A stretch of DNA of 64,000 bases. Source: Escherichia coli 042 (GTDB taxonomy: Bacteria > Pseudomonadota > Gammaproteobacteria > Enterobacterales > Enterobacteriaceae). The notes under the pieces are model-generated. The model searched no databases. It was not told where the DNA came from and saw nothing but the letters and a program-made list of their open reading frames with translations. The stretch lies in assembly GCF_000027125.1 (NCBI RefSeq), contig NC_017626.1, one strand, 5' to 3'. Positions within the stretch are counted from its first letter, which is position 1, and every line of letters begins with the position of its first letter. The position numbers and the translations under genes were made by a program. This document shows positions 12,579 to 23,390 of this stretch, in pieces.

Positions 12579-13284
12579 ACTTATTTGTGGCCATCGCTCC
12601 ATTCGCCATTTCACTGATGAACCCATTTCCGAAGCGCAGCGTGAGGCGATTATTAACAGCGCCCGTGCGACGTCCAGTTCCAGTTTTTTGCAGTGCAGTA
12701 GCATTATTCGCATTACCGACAAAGCGTTACGTGAAGAACTGGTGACGCTGACCGGTGGGCAAAAACACGTAGCGCAAGCGGCGGAGTTCTGGGTGTTCTG
12801 TGCCGACTTTAACCGCCATTTACAGATCTGTCCGGATGCACAACTTGGCCTGGCGGAGCAACTGTTGCTCGGTGTCGTTGATACAGCAATGATGGCGCAG
12901 AATGCGTTAACCGCAGCGGAATCGCTGGGATTGGGCGGGGTATATATCGGCGGCCTGCGCAATAATATTGAAGCGGTGACGGAACTGCTGAAATTACCGC
13001 AGCATGTTCTGCCGCTGTTTGGGCTGTGCCTTGGCTGGCCTGCGGATAATCCGGATCTTAAGCCGCGTTTACCGGCTTCCATTTTGGTGCATGAAAACAG
13101 CTATCAACCGCTGGATAAAGACGCACTGGCGCAGTATGACGAACAACTGGCGGAATATTACCTCACCCGTGGCAGCAATAATCGCCGGGATACCTGGAGC
13201 GATCATATCCGCCGAACAATCATTAAAGAAAGCCGCCCATTTATACTGGATTATTTGCACAAACAGGGTTGGGCGACGCGCTAA
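12562..13284 (+). CDS. nfsA: oxygen-insensitive NADPH nitroreductase NfsA
   Basis: 240-aa ORF; recognised sequence. Confidence 0.92.
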   Translation: MTPTIELICGHRSIRHFTDEPISEAQREAIINSARATSSSSFLQCSSIIRITDKALREELVTLTGGQKHVAQAAEFWVFCADFNRHLQICPDAQLGLAEQLLLGVVDTAMMAQNALTAAESLGLGGVYIGGLRNNIEAVTELLKLPQHVLPLFGLCLGWPADNPDLKPRLPASILVHENSYQPLDKDALAQYDEQLAEYYLTRGSNNRRDTWSDHIRRTIIKESRPFILDYLHKQGWATR

Positions 13285-13344
13285 AACCGCCACGCCGATG
13301 TATGATACGCGGGCTTTTGACCAGGTCTGACAGAGAGGTGCAGG

Positions 13345-14247
13345 GTGAAAATTGCCATATTGTCCCGGGATGGAACGCTCTATTCGTGTAAGCGGCTTCG
13401 TGAAGCCGCTATACAGCGCGGTCACCTGGTTGAAATTCTTGATCCGCTTTCTTGCTACATGAACATAAATCCTGCGGCGTCTTCTATTCACTACAAAGGC
13501 CGCAAGTTACCCCATTTTGATGCTGTGATCCCGCGTATTGGTACCGCCATTACCTTTTATGGGACGGCGGCACTGCGCCAGTTCGAGATGCTGGGGAGCT
13601 ATCCGCTCAATGAGTCGGTCGCCATTGCCCGGGCGCGTGACAAATTGCGTTCAATGCAACTGCTGGCGCGTCAGGGCATCGACCTGCCTGTCACGGGCAT
13701 TGCGCATTCGCCGGATGATACCAGCGATTTAATCGACATGGTCGGTGGTGCGCCGCTGGTGGTTAAGCTGGTTGAAGGTACGCAGGGAATTGGTGTCGTG
13801 CTGGCGGAGACGCGTCAGGCGGCCGAAAGCGTGATTGACGCCTTTCGCGGTCTGAACGCGCATATTCTGGTGCAGGAATATATCAAAGAGGCGCAAGGGT
13901 GCGATATCCGCTGCCTGGTTGTTGGGGATGAAGTGGTCGCGGCGATTGAACGGCGGGCGAAAGAGGGCGATTTTCGTTCCAATTTGCATCGTGGCGGCGC
14001 GGCAAGCATCGCCAGTATCACACCACAGGAGCGTGAAATCGCGATAAAAGCCGCGCGAACGATGGCGCTGGACGTTGCTGGTGTGGATATTCTGCGTGCT
14101 AATCGCGGGCCATTGGTGATGGAGGTGAATGCGTCGCCGGGGCTGGAAGGAATAGAAAAAACCACCGGTATCGACATCGCGGGTAAAATGATCCGCTGGA
14201 TCGAACGCCACGCTACGACCGAATATTGCCTGAAAACGGGTGGTTAG
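13345..14247 (+). CDS. rimK: ribosomal protein S6 glutamate ligase (ATP-grasp)
   Basis: 300-aa ATP-grasp ORF; recognised. Confidence 0.92.
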   Translation: MKIAILSRDGTLYSCKRLREAAIQRGHLVEILDPLSCYMNINPAASSIHYKGRKLPHFDAVIPRIGTAITFYGTAALRQFEMLGSYPLNESVAIARARDKLRSMQLLARQGIDLPVTGIAHSPDDTSDLIDMVGGAPLVVKLVEGTQGIGVVLAETRQAAESVIDAFRGLNAHILVQEYIKEAQGCDIRCLVVGDEVVAAIERRAKEGDFRSNLHRGGAASIASITPQEREIAIKAARTMALDVAGVDILRANRGPLVMEVNASPGLEGIEKTTGIDIAGKMIRWIERHATTEYCLKTGG

Positions 14248-14334
14248 TCGCAATCACATTACTGATCATGGTTTTGCCTGCGCTTTTTGCGTAAGCTGTG
14301 CCGGTCTTTTTATCGAAAGAGGTTGTACAAAATT

Positions 14335-14811
14335 ATGACATCGCTGGTCGTTCCTGGTCTGGATACGTTGCGTCAATGGCTCGATGACCTGGGGATGAGT
14401 TTTTTTGAATGTGATAACTGTCAGGCTCTGCATCTGCCCCATATGCAGAATTTCGACGGTGTCTTTGATGCCAAAATCGATCTGATCGATAACACGATCC
14501 TGTTTTCTGCCATGGCGGAAGTCCGACCTTCAGCCGTATTGCCGCTGGCGGCGGATTTATCAGCCATCAATGCCAGTTCGCTGACCGTGAAAGCATTTCT
14601 TGATATGCAGGATGATAATCTGCCAAAGCTGGTGGTTTGCCAGTCTTTATCCGTTATGCAGGGCGTAACCTATGAGCAGTTTGCATGGTTCGTGCGTCAG
14701 AGCGAAGAGCAGATTTCGATGGTCATTCTTGAAGCTAATGCCCATCAACTGCTGTTACCGACTGACGATGAAGGGCAAAACAACGTTACCGAAAACTATT
14801 TCCTCCACTGA
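14335..14811 (+). CDS. ybjN: YbjN family protein (putative sensory transduction regulator)
   Basis: Start MTSLVVPGLD inside ORF 14287..14811, giving 158 aa. Confidence 0.82.
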   Translation: MTSLVVPGLDTLRQWLDDLGMSFFECDNCQALHLPHMQNFDGVFDAKIDLIDNTILFSAMAEVRPSAVLPLAADLSAINASSLTVKAFLDMQDDNLPKLVVCQSLSVMQGVTYEQFAWFVRQSEEQISMVILEANAHQLLLPTDDEGQNNVTENYFLH

Positions 14812-15161
14812 TAACTCCTTTCGAGTACGCAGTCGCTGCCGCAGTGACTGCGTGCTGCAAAATTATCTGCTGTTTTTAACCTTTTCTTAAAGATTATTTC
14901 ACTTCTCTTGTGCCGATTTGGCTTTATCACATAGAGCAAATACGCATAAAAATTTGTTAAATACCGTTTTTTAATCCGAGCTATAGTCTCAAACCCTGGC
15001 TAAAGTTATTCTTGCGATGCTTTTATATAGCGAGCAGTGCTGGCCGGGAGAGAGTTCTCTTTTCTTACACCGCGCCGATAAAAAATATGCACGTTTATTG
15101 CATATCTTTCAGTGTGACAACTTTTGTTCGTTTGTTAACGAACTTTCAGAAGGAAAGAGAT

Positions 15162-16274
15162 ATGACCGCCTTAAATAAAAAATGGCTATCGGGTCTGGTT
15201 GCGGGTGCTCTGATGGTCGTCTCTGTCGGCACGCTCGCGGCTGAACAAAAAACACTCCACATTTATAACTGGTCTGATTATATCGCCCCGGACACGGTGG
15301 CCAATTTTGAAAAAGAAACCGGTATTAAAGTCGTCTACGATGTTTTCGACTCTAACGAAGTACTGGAAGGCAAATTAATGGCGGGTAGCACCGGCTTTGA
15401 CCTGGTGGTGCCGTCAGCAAGCTTTCTGGAGCGCCAGTTGACTGCGGGAGTTTTCCAGCCGCTGGATAAAAGCAAATTGCCGGAGTGGAAGAATCTCGAC
15501 CCGGAGCTGCTGAAGTTGGTCGCCAAACACGATCCCGACAATAAATTTGCTATGCCCTATATGTGGGCGACGACCGGGATTGGCTATAACGTCGATAAAG
15601 TCAAAGCGGTACTGGGCGAAAACGCGCCCGTCGATAGCTGGGACTTGATCCTCAAGCCTGAAAATCTGGAAAAACTGAAAAGCTGCGGTGTCTCTTTCCT
15701 CGATGCACCAGAAGAAGTTTTTGCTACCGTGCTGAATTATCTCGGTAAAGATCCCAACAGCACTAAAGCAGATGATTACACCGGACCGGCAACCGATCTG
15801 CTGTTAAAGCTGCGCCCGAACATTCGTTATTTCCATTCATCTCAATACATTAACGACCTGGCAAACGGCGATATCTGCGTCGCTATTGGCTGGGCGGGCG
15901 ATGTCTGGCAGGCGTCAAACCGCGCGAAGGAAGCGAAGAATGGCGTTAATGTCTCGTTCTCGATTCCGAAAGAAGGGGCGATGGCGTTCTTTGATGTCTT
16001 CGCCATGCCTGCGGATGCCAAAAATAAAGACGAAGCCTATCAGTTCCTGAATTACCTGCTGCGCCCGGATGTGGTGGCGCATATTTCCGACCATGTGTTC
16101 TATGCCAACGCGAACAAAGAAGCTACGCCGCTGGTAAGCGCGGAAGTGCGTGATAATTCAGGGATTTATCCTCCGGCGGACGTTCGTGCGAAGTTGTTCA
16201 CTCTGAAAGTGCAGGATCCAAAAATAGACCGTGTGCGCACCCGCGCGTGGACCAAAGTGAAGAGCGGAAAATAA
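15162..16274 (+). CDS. potF: putrescine ABC transporter periplasmic binding protein
   Basis: Start MTALNKKWLSG with signal peptide inside ORF 15012..16274. Confidence 0.92.
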   Translation: MTALNKKWLSGLVAGALMVVSVGTLAAEQKTLHIYNWSDYIAPDTVANFEKETGIKVVYDVFDSNEVLEGKLMAGSTGFDLVVPSASFLERQLTAGVFQPLDKSKLPEWKNLDPELLKLVAKHDPDNKFAMPYMWATTGIGYNVDKVKAVLGENAPVDSWDLILKPENLEKLKSCGVSFLDAPEEVFATVLNYLGKDPNSTKADDYTGPATDLLLKLRPNIRYFHSSQYINDLANGDICVAIGWAGDVWQASNRAKEAKNGVNVSFSIPKEGAMAFFDVFAMPADAKNKDEAYQFLNYLLRPDVVAHISDHVFYANANKEATPLVSAEVRDNSGIYPPADVRAKLFTLKVQDPKIDRVRTRAWTKVKSGK

Positions 16275-16368
16275 TCCGCAGTCGTAGATGCCGGACGGGC
16301 GCACCACACCCGCCGGCAATTCGCACCATTATGGTGCGCTTGCACACATTCAATGCCGGAGAGCAGCC

Positions 16369-17502
16369 GTGAATGACGCTATCCCTCGCCCGCAGGCGAA
16401 AACCCGTAAGGCGCTGACGCCGCTATTAGAAATCCGCAACCTCACCAAATCCTACGATGGTCAACATGCGGTGGATGATGTCAGCCTGACCATCTACAAA
16501 GGTGAAATCTTCGCGCTGCTGGGCGCATCCGGCTGTGGCAAGTCCACGCTGCTGCGTATGCTGGCAGGTTTCGAACAACCTCCTGCCGGACAGATAATGC
16601 TTGATGGCGTCGATTTGTCACAGGTACCGCCTTACCTGCGCCCCATCAATATGATGTTTCAGTCTTACGCGCTGTTTCCGCATATGACCGTGGAACAGAA
16701 TATCGCTTTTGGCCTGAAACAGGACAAATTGCCGAAAGCGGAAATTGCCAGCCGGGTCAATGAGATGCTCGGGCTGGTGCATATGCAGGAGTTCGCCAAA
16801 CGCAAACCGCATCAGCTTTCCGGCGGTCAGCGACAGCGTGTGGCACTGGCCCGAAGCCTTGCCAAGCGCCCGAAACTATTACTGCTCGATGAGCCGATGG
16901 GCGCGCTGGATAAAAAGCTGCGTGACCGGATGCAGCTTGAAGTGGTGGATATTCTGGAGCGTGTCGGTGTGACTTGTGTGATGGTCACCCACGATCAGGA
17001 AGAGGCGATGACCATGGCGGGGCGCATCGCCATTATGAATCGTGGGAAATTTGTCCAGATTGGCGAACCGGAAGAGATCTATGAGCATCCGACCACCCGC
17101 TATAGCGCTGAATTTATCGGTTCGGTTAATGTCTTTGAAGGTGTACTCAAAGAGCGTCAGGAAGATGGTCTGGTGCTTTATTCGCCGGGACTGGTGCACC
17201 CACTGAAAGTCAATGCAGATGCTTCAGTGGTTGATAACGTGCCGGTACACGTAGCGCTGCGTCCGGAAAAAATCATGCTTTGCGAAGAGCCGCCCGCCAA
17301 TGGTTGTAACTTCGCGGTGGGGGAGGTGATACACATTGCCTATCTCGGCGATCTTTCGGTATATCACGTTCGTCTGAAAAGTGGGCAGATGATCAGCGCC
17401 CAGCTACAAAACGCCCATCGTCATCGTAAAGGGTTACCGACCTGGGGCGATGAAGTGTGTTTGTGCTGGGAAGTGGACAGCTGTGTGGTGCTGACGGTTT
17501 AA
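16369..17502 (+). CDS. potG: putrescine ABC transporter ATPase
   Basis: Walker A GASGCGKST; likely GTG start (VNDAIPRP) to give the 377 aa I remember. Confidence 0.88.
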   Translation: MNDAIPRPQAKTRKALTPLLEIRNLTKSYDGQHAVDDVSLTIYKGEIFALLGASGCGKSTLLRMLAGFEQPPAGQIMLDGVDLSQVPPYLRPINMMFQSYALFPHMTVEQNIAFGLKQDKLPKAEIASRVNEMLGLVHMQEFAKRKPHQLSGGQRQRVALARSLAKRPKLLLLDEPMGALDKKLRDRMQLEVVDILERVGVTCVMVTHDQEEAMTMAGRIAIMNRGKFVQIGEPEEIYEHPTTRYSAEFIGSVNVFEGVLKERQEDGLVLYSPGLVHPLKVNADASVVDNVPVHVALRPEKIMLCEEPPANGCNFAVGEVIHIAYLGDLSVYHVRLKSGQMISAQLQNAHRHRKGLPTWGDEVCLCWEVDSCVVLTV

Positions 17503-17511
17503 GGAGCAAAG

Positions 17512-18456
17512 ATGAGTACACTTGAACCTGCTGCCCAGCCAAAACCCTTTAAGCTGTGGCTGTCGCAGTTGCAAATGAAGCATGGGCGCAAACTGGTGAT
17601 TGCGCTGCCCTATATCTGGCTAATCCTGCTGTTTCTGCTGCCATTTCTGATCGTTTTTAAAATAAGCCTGGCGGAGATGGCGCGCGCCATTCCACCTTAT
17701 ACCGAACTGATGGAGTGGGCTGACGGGCAACTTTCCATCACTCTTAATCTCGGTAATTTCCTGCAACTGACCGACGATCCGCTCTATTTCGATGCTTATC
17801 TCCAGTCGCTACAGGTGGCGGCGATTTCGACTATTTGCTGTTTACTGATCGGCTATCCGCTGGCGTGGGCGGTGGCGCACAGTAAGCCCTCGACCCGTAA
17901 TATCTTATTGCTACTGGTGATCCTGCCGTCGTGGACCTCGTTTCTGATTCGCGTTTATGCCTGGATGGGAATATTAAAAAATAACGGCGTGCTGAATAAT
18001 TTTCTGCTGTGGCTGGGGGTTATCGATCAACCTCTGACCATTCTTCATACCAATCTGGCCGTTTATATTGGCATTGTTTACGCCTATGTGCCGTTTATGG
18101 TGCTGCCGATTTATACCGCGTTGATTCGTATTGATTATTCGCTGGTGGAAGCGGCACTGGATCTCGGTGCAAGACCGCTGAAAACGTTCTTTACTGTGAT
18201 CGTGCCGCTGACCAAAGGCGGGATTATTGCCGGATCGATGCTGGTGTTTATCCCGGCTGTGGGCGAGTTTGTGATCCCTGAACTGCTCGGTGGCCCGGAC
18301 AGCATCATGATCGGGCGCGTGCTATGGCAGGAGTTCTTTAACAATCGCGACTGGCCGGTGGCCTCAGCGGTAGCGATCATCATGTTGCTGCTGCTAATTG
18401 TGCCGATAATGTGGTTCCACAAGCATCAGCAAAAAAGCGTGGGAGAACACGGATGA
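17512..18456 (+). CDS. potH: putrescine ABC transporter permease
   Basis: Polytopic permease ORF; exact start uncertain by a few codons. Confidence 0.88.
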   Translation: MSTLEPAAQPKPFKLWLSQLQMKHGRKLVIALPYIWLILLFLLPFLIVFKISLAEMARAIPPYTELMEWADGQLSITLNLGNFLQLTDDPLYFDAYLQSLQVAAISTICCLLIGYPLAWAVAHSKPSTRNILLLLVILPSWTSFLIRVYAWMGILKNNGVLNNFLLWLGVIDQPLTILHTNLAVYIGIVYAYVPFMVLPIYTALIRIDYSLVEAALDLGARPLKTFFTVIVPLTKGGIIAGSMLVFIPAVGEFVIPELLGGPDSIMIGRVLWQEFFNNRDWPVASAVAIIMLLLLIVPIMWFHKHQQKSVGEHG

Positions 18457-19298
18457 ATAATTTACCGGTCGTTCGTTCGCCCTGGCGGATTGTGATTTTG
18501 CTGCTGGGCTTCACCTTTCTCTACGCGCCAATGCTGATGCTGGTGATCTATTCATTCAACAGCTCGAAGCTGGTGACGGTGTGGGCCGGCTGGTCAACGC
18601 GCTGGTATGGCGAATTATTGCGCGATGACGCGATGATGAGTGCGGTTGGTTTAAGCCTGACAATTGCGGCCTGTGCGGCGACGGCGGCGGCGATCCTCGG
18701 GACGATTGCGGCGGTCGTGCTGGTGCGCTTTGGCAGGTTTCGCGGATCAAATGGTTTTGCTTTTATGATCACCGCGCCGCTGGTGATGCCAGATGTCATC
18801 ACGGGCTTGTCGCTATTGTTGTTATTCGTCGCGCTTGCTCATGCCATTGGCTGGCCTGCGGACCGCGGTATGCTCACCATCTGGCTGGCGCATGTCACTT
18901 TCTGTACGGCTTATGTGGCAGTCGTTATTTCGTCGCGTCTGCGGGAACTGGATCGCTCGATAGAAGAAGCAGCGATGGATCTCGGTGCGACGCCGCTGAA
19001 AGTGTTTTTCGTCATTACGCTACCGATGATCATGCCCGCGATCATTTCTGGCTGGTTACTGGCTTTTACTTTGTCGCTTGATGATCTGGTGATCGCCAGC
19101 TTTGTTTCCGGGCCGGGAGCCACCACGTTACCGATGCTGGTCTTTTCCAGCGTGCGGATGGGGGTGAATCCGGAAATCAACGCCCTGGCAACATTGATCC
19201 TCGGCGCGGTCGGAATTGTCGGATTTATCGCCTGGTATCTGATGGCGCGCGCAGAAAAACAGCGGATACGCGACATCCAGCGTGCAAGACGTGGCTGA
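18453..19298 (+). CDS. potI: putrescine ABC transporter permease
   Basis: Start MNNLPVVRSP overlapping potH stop by 4 bp. Confidence 0.9.
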   Translation: MNNLPVVRSPWRIVILLLGFTFLYAPMLMLVIYSFNSSKLVTVWAGWSTRWYGELLRDDAMMSAVGLSLTIAACAATAAAILGTIAAVVLVRFGRFRGSNGFAFMITAPLVMPDVITGLSLLLLFVALAHAIGWPADRGMLTIWLAHVTFCTAYVAVVISSRLRELDRSIEEAAMDLGATPLKVFFVITLPMIMPAIISGWLLAFTLSLDDLVIASFVSGPGATTLPMLVFSSVRMGVNPEINALATLILGAVGIVGFIAWYLMARAEKQRIRDIQRARRG

Positions 19299-19357
19299 AG
19301 ACACTAAAATTTGCCAACCTGGCTACATAATGCCGCGCATGTCGCGGCATTGTTTTC

Positions 19358-19846
19358 ATGGAAGACGAAACGTTGGGATTTTTTAAGAAAACATCTTCAT
19401 CTCATGCTCGCCTGAATGTGCCTGCGCTGGTGCAGGTGGCGGCGCTCGCCATTATTATGATCCGTGGCCTCGACGTGCTGATGATTTTCAATACGCTGGG
19501 CGTGCGCGGTATTGGCGAGTTCATTCATCGCAGCGTACAAACCTGGAGTTTAACGCTGGTCTTTTTAAGCAGTCTGGTGTTGGTTTTTATTGAGATCTGG
19601 TGTGCGTTTTCACTGGTGAAAGGGCGTCGCTGGGCGCGCTGGCTGTATCTGTTGACACAAATCACGGCCGCAAGTTACTTGTGGGCGGCTTCGCTGGGGT
19701 ATGGTTATCCGGAGCTGTTCAGCATTCCCGGTGAATCAAAACGTGAAATCTTCCATAGCCTGATGCTGCAGAAGCTGCCGGATATGCTCATCCTGATGCT
19801 GCTGTTCGTTCCCTCGACCAGTCGGCGGTTCTTCCAGTTGCAATAA
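19358..19846 (+). CDS. ybjO: inner membrane protein YbjO
   Basis: 162-aa membrane ORF; synteny. Confidence 0.8.
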   Translation: MEDETLGFFKKTSSSHARLNVPALVQVAALAIIMIRGLDVLMIFNTLGVRGIGEFIHRSVQTWSLTLVFLSSLVLVFIEIWCAFSLVKGRRWARWLYLLTQITAASYLWAASLGYGYPELFSIPGESKREIFHSLMLQKLPDMLILMLLFVPSTSRRFFQLQ

Positions 19847-19886
19847 TGTGTATAATCGTCGCCCCTGATGATGTGAAGGTCAATGT

Positions 19887-21014
19887 ATGCAGTGCGCACT
19901 TTACGACGCGGGTCGCTGTCGTTCCTGTCAGTGGATAACGCAGCCGATTCCAGAGCAACTCTCCGCTAAAACCGCCGATCTTAAAAATCTGCTCGCCGAC
20001 TTTCCGGTTGAGGAATGGTGCGCACCGGTGTCAGGCCCGGAACAAGGGTTTCGTAATAAAGCCAAAATGGTGGTGAGTGGTAGCGTTGAAAAACCACTGC
20101 TCGGTATGCTGCATCGAGACGGCACACCGGAAGACCTTTGTGACTGCCCGCTTTATCCTGCCTCATTTGCGCCCGTTTTTGCGGCGCTAAAACCGTTTAT
20201 CGCCCGAGCGGGGTTAACGCCCTACAACGTGGCGCGTAAGCGTGGCGAACTGAAATACATTCTGCTGACTGAAAGCCAGAGCGATGGCGGCATGATGCTG
20301 CGCTTTGTACTGCGTTCTGATACCAAGCTGGCGCAACTGCGTAAGGCGCTGCCGTGGTTACAGGAACAACTACCGCAGCTGAAAGTTATCACCGTCAATA
20401 TTCAGCCGGTACATATGGCGATCATGGAAGGGGAGACGGAGATCTACCTGACTGAACAACAGGCGCTGGCAGAGCGTTTTAACGACGTACCGCTGTGGAT
20501 CCGTCCGCAAAGTTTCTTCCAGACCAATCCGGCGGTCGCCAGCCAGCTTTACGCTACCGCGCGCGACTGGGTGCGGCAACTACCGGTAAACCATATGTGG
20601 GATCTCTTCTGCGGCGTGGGGGGCTTTGGTTTACACTGCGCGACGCCTGACATGCAGTTAACCGGGATCGAAATTGCACCAGAGGCCATTGCCTGTGCGA
20701 AGCAGTCAGCCGCTGAACTGGGCTTAACGCGTTTGCAATTTCAGGCGCTGGACTCCACTCAGTTTGCTACCGCCCAGGGGGAAGTGCCGGGGCTGGTGCT
20801 GGTTAACCCGCCGCGACGTGGCATTGGTAAACCGCTATGTGATTATCTCTCAACGATGGCACCGCGTTTTATCATCTACTCCAGCTGTAACGCCCAAACC
20901 ATGGCGAAAGATATCCGTGAACTGCCTGGTTATCGCATCGAACGGGTACAGCTTTTCGATATGTTCCCCCACACCGCGCATTACGAAGTGCTGACGCTGC
21001 TGGTGAAGCAATAA
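19887..21014 (+). CDS. rlmC: 23S rRNA m5U747 methyltransferase RlmC (RumB)
   Basis: N-terminal Cys cluster CxxC and SAM-MTase fold; 375 aa. Confidence 0.9.
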   Translation: MQCALYDAGRCRSCQWITQPIPEQLSAKTADLKNLLADFPVEEWCAPVSGPEQGFRNKAKMVVSGSVEKPLLGMLHRDGTPEDLCDCPLYPASFAPVFAALKPFIARAGLTPYNVARKRGELKYILLTESQSDGGMMLRFVLRSDTKLAQLRKALPWLQEQLPQLKVITVNIQPVHMAIMEGETEIYLTEQQALAERFNDVPLWIRPQSFFQTNPAVASQLYATARDWVRQLPVNHMWDLFCGVGGFGLHCATPDMQLTGIEIAPEAIACAKQSAAELGLTRLQFQALDSTQFATAQGEVPGLVLVNPPRRGIGKPLCDYLSTMAPRFIIYSSCNAQTMAKDIRELPGYRIERVQLFDMFPHTAHYEVLTLLVKQ

Positions 21015-21037
21015 AAAAGCCGCAGGTGCGGCTTTCT
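21013..21037. terminator. bidirectional rho-independent terminator between rlmC and artJ
   Basis: Hairpin gccgca-gg-tgcggc flanked by an A-run and a T-run. Confidence 0.6.
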
Positions 21038-21042
21038 GAATC

Positions 21043-21774
21043 TTACTGTGGGAACCACTGGTCATTGATTTTCTGATACGTGCCGTCAGCTTTAATTGCT
21101 GCCAGTGCGTTATTGAGTTTTTCCAGCAAGGCTTTGTTATCCGGGCGTACAGCGATGCCCAGACCGGTGCCGAAGTATTGCGGATCGGTCACTTTTTCAG
21201 TAGCAACGCCCAGTTGCGGATTGGTTTTCAGCCATTCGTTTACCACCGCTGTGTCACCAAACACGCCATCAATACGGCCATTTTTCAGATCGATAAAGGC
21301 ATTCTGATAACTGTCATAGGAGACAGTTTTCACTTCGGGGTGCTGATCTTGAATATATTTCTGGTGCGTGGTGCCGTTTTCCATCCCAATACGTTTGCCT
21401 TTCAGGTCGGCAAACGTTTTGTAGGTATCTTTTTTGGCAATCACGACGGCTGAGTTTTCATAGTAGGGCGTGGTAAATGATACCTGTTTGCTACGCTCCG
21501 GCGTGATATCCATTCCGGAGATTACGGCGTCATATTTTCTGAATTTCAGTGACGGGATCAGGCTGTCGAACGCGTGATTAGTAAAAGTACATTCTGCCTG
21601 CATTTGTTTGCACAAGGCTTTTGCCAGGTCGATATCAAAGCCGACAATCTCATTATTAGCACCTATAGATTCAAAGGGTGGATAGGTGGCTGAAACGCCA
21701 AAATTGATTTTCTCTGCGGCAGAAGCACCGAAAGTAAAGGAAGCAAGTAAAGCGGCAAGAACTAACTTTTTCAT
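21043..21774 (-). CDS. artJ: arginine ABC transporter periplasmic binding protein ArtJ
   Basis: Start MKKLVLAALLAS; paralog of artI. Confidence 0.92.
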   Translation of the reverse strand: MKKLVLAALLASFTFGASAAEKINFGVSATYPPFESIGANNEIVGFDIDLAKALCKQMQAECTFTNHAFDSLIPSLKFRKYDAVISGMDITPERSKQVSFTTPYYENSAVVIAKKDTYKTFADLKGKRIGMENGTTHQKYIQDQHPEVKTVSYDSYQNAFIDLKNGRIDGVFGDTAVVNEWLKTNPQLGVATEKVTDPQYFGTGLGIAVRPDNKALLEKLNNALAAIKADGTYQKINDQWFPQ

Positions 21775-21888
21775 GATGGAACTCCCGTCTGTCAATCTTA
21801 TGATTTTTGGCCGTGTCTGCGGCATGGGATAACAATGCCATCAAGTGAATTTATATGCAATAAATATGATTAAATAATTTAAATGAAA

Positions 21889-21922
21889 TAAAAAAATACG
21901 GACAACTTAGTGAGTTGTCCGT
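21889..21922 (-). terminator. terminator of the artPIQM operon
   Basis: Inverted repeat acggacaact/agttgtccgt followed by a T-run on the minus strand. Confidence 0.55.
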
Positions 21923-21948
21923 ATTCATTATAAGAATTTATGCACTAT

Positions 21949-21985
21949 GTAGGCCGGATAAGGCGTCCGCGCCGCATCCGGCATC
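21949..21985. repeat. REP (repetitive extragenic palindrome) element
   Basis: gtaggccggataaggcgtccgcgccgcatccggcatc matches the REP consensus core. Confidence 0.75.
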
Positions 21986-21999
21986 AGCACGCAGCCAAA

Positions 22000-22668
22000 T
22001 TAATTCCTTCGCTCAAACGCCAGTGCTTTGCGCTCGATCAGACGCATCATCAGCGTCAGCAGGCCGTTAACGACCAGATAAATAATCCCTGCCGCGCCGA
22101 ACACCATTACATCGTAGGTGCGTCCGTACAACAACTGGCTGTATCCCATCACTTCCATCAGCGTAATGGTGTAAGCCAGAGAGGTACTTTTGAACACCAG
22201 CACCACTTCGTTGGAATAAGAAGAGAGCGAGCGTTTAAAGGCATACGGCAGCAGGATCGCCAGCGTATCTTTTTTGCTCATTCCCAGGGCGCTACAGGAC
22301 TGCCACTGACCTTCCGGGATCGCACGAATTGCACCGTAAAACAGCTGCGTGGTATACGCCGCACTGTTCAGCGACAACGCAATCAGCGCACACAGCCACG
22401 GTTCTGACAGCAAATGCCACAGTGCCGGATACTCCTGCAACGTCGGGAACTGGCCCGGCCCGTAATAAATCAGGAAGATCTGCACCAGCAGCGGCGTACC
22501 GGTAAACAGCGTGATATAACCCCGCACCAGCCACACCAGCACCGGCGTTTTCAGCGTCAGGATGATGGTAAAAATCAACGCCAGAATCAGTGCCACAATC
22601 AGCGAGGCAACGGTTAGCGTCAGGCTGGTGTGCAGCCCTTTCATCAGTTCGGGTAAATACTCAAACAT
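22000..22668 (-). CDS. artM: arginine ABC transporter permease
   Basis: 222-aa permease ORF. Confidence 0.92.
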   Translation of the reverse strand: MFEYLPELMKGLHTSLTLTVASLIVALILALIFTIILTLKTPVLVWLVRGYITLFTGTPLLVQIFLIYYGPGQFPTLQEYPALWHLLSEPWLCALIALSLNSAAYTTQLFYGAIRAIPEGQWQSCSALGMSKKDTLAILLPYAFKRSLSSYSNEVVLVFKSTSLAYTITLMEVMGYSQLLYGRTYDVMVFGAAGIIYLVVNGLLTLMMRLIERKALAFERRN

Positions 22669-23384
22669 TAGCCAGGCCTCCGCTCAAAACGTGTCGCGCG
22701 CAGGTCAATGCGTTTGAGAATGTACTGACTGAGCAGGGTGATCACCAGGTAAATCGCCGCCGCCACAATGTACCAGGTAAATGGTTCCTGGGTACGGGTA
22801 GCGATGCTTTTGGTTTGTAGCATTAAATCATTCACACTAATCAAACTGACCAGCGCGGTATCTTTCAGCAGCACCAGCCACTGGTTACCGAGACCCGGCA
22901 GCGCATGACGCCACATTTGCGGCATCACCAGACGGAAAAAGATAGCTGATTTCGACAGCCCCAGCGCCTGACCGGATTCCCACTGACCCACCGGTACCGC
23001 TTTTAATGCACCACGCAGCGTTTGCGAGGCATAGGCGGCATACAGCAGTGACAGAGCGATGACACCACAAAGGAACGGGCTAACGTCGAAGTTCTCAATG
23101 TCCATCTGCACCGGGATCTGCACGAACCCAAGATTGATGGTGAAGCCATCCGAAAGCGTCAGCAGCAGCTGCGAGGAGCCAAAATAGATAAACAGCACCA
23201 CCAGAATTTCTGGCAGGCCACGCAGAATGGTTACCAGCGCTGAACCTGCCCACGCGACAGGACGCCATTTTGCCGACTCCCATACCGCAAAGAACATCGC
23301 CAGCGCCAGCCCGACAATCAATGCACAAACGGCAAGGCCGACGGTCATCCCGGCGGCGCTTGCTAAAGGAAAAAATTCATTCAT
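22668..23384 (-). CDS. artQ: arginine ABC transporter permease
   Basis: 238-aa permease ORF. Confidence 0.92.
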   Translation of the reverse strand: MNEFFPLASAAGMTVGLAVCALIVGLALAMFFAVWESAKWRPVAWAGSALVTILRGLPEILVVLFIYFGSSQLLLTLSDGFTINLGFVQIPVQMDIENFDVSPFLCGVIALSLLYAAYASQTLRGALKAVPVGQWESGQALGLSKSAIFFRLVMPQMWRHALPGLGNQWLVLLKDTALVSLISVNDLMLQTKSIATRTQEPFTWYIVAAAIYLVITLLSQYILKRIDLRATRFERRPG

Positions 23385-23390
23385 CAGGAA

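Noticed and set aside
12543-13082. 179-aa ORF antisense to nfsA, and other 60-240-aa antisense ORFs inside core genes (for example 13729..14253, 36212..36841, 22292..22534)
   Set aside because: Each is embedded opposite a well-supported conserved gene and has biased low-complexity composition typical of antisense frames in GC-rich coding DNA.
15012-15161. N-terminal extensions of potF and similar 5'-extended ORFs in the track (dacC, mdfA, artP, macA, clpA, trxB, lrp, lysO)
   Set aside because: The extensions precede recognisable signal peptides or conserved N-termini and lack Shine-Dalgarno sequences; starts were trimmed to the internal initiation codons.
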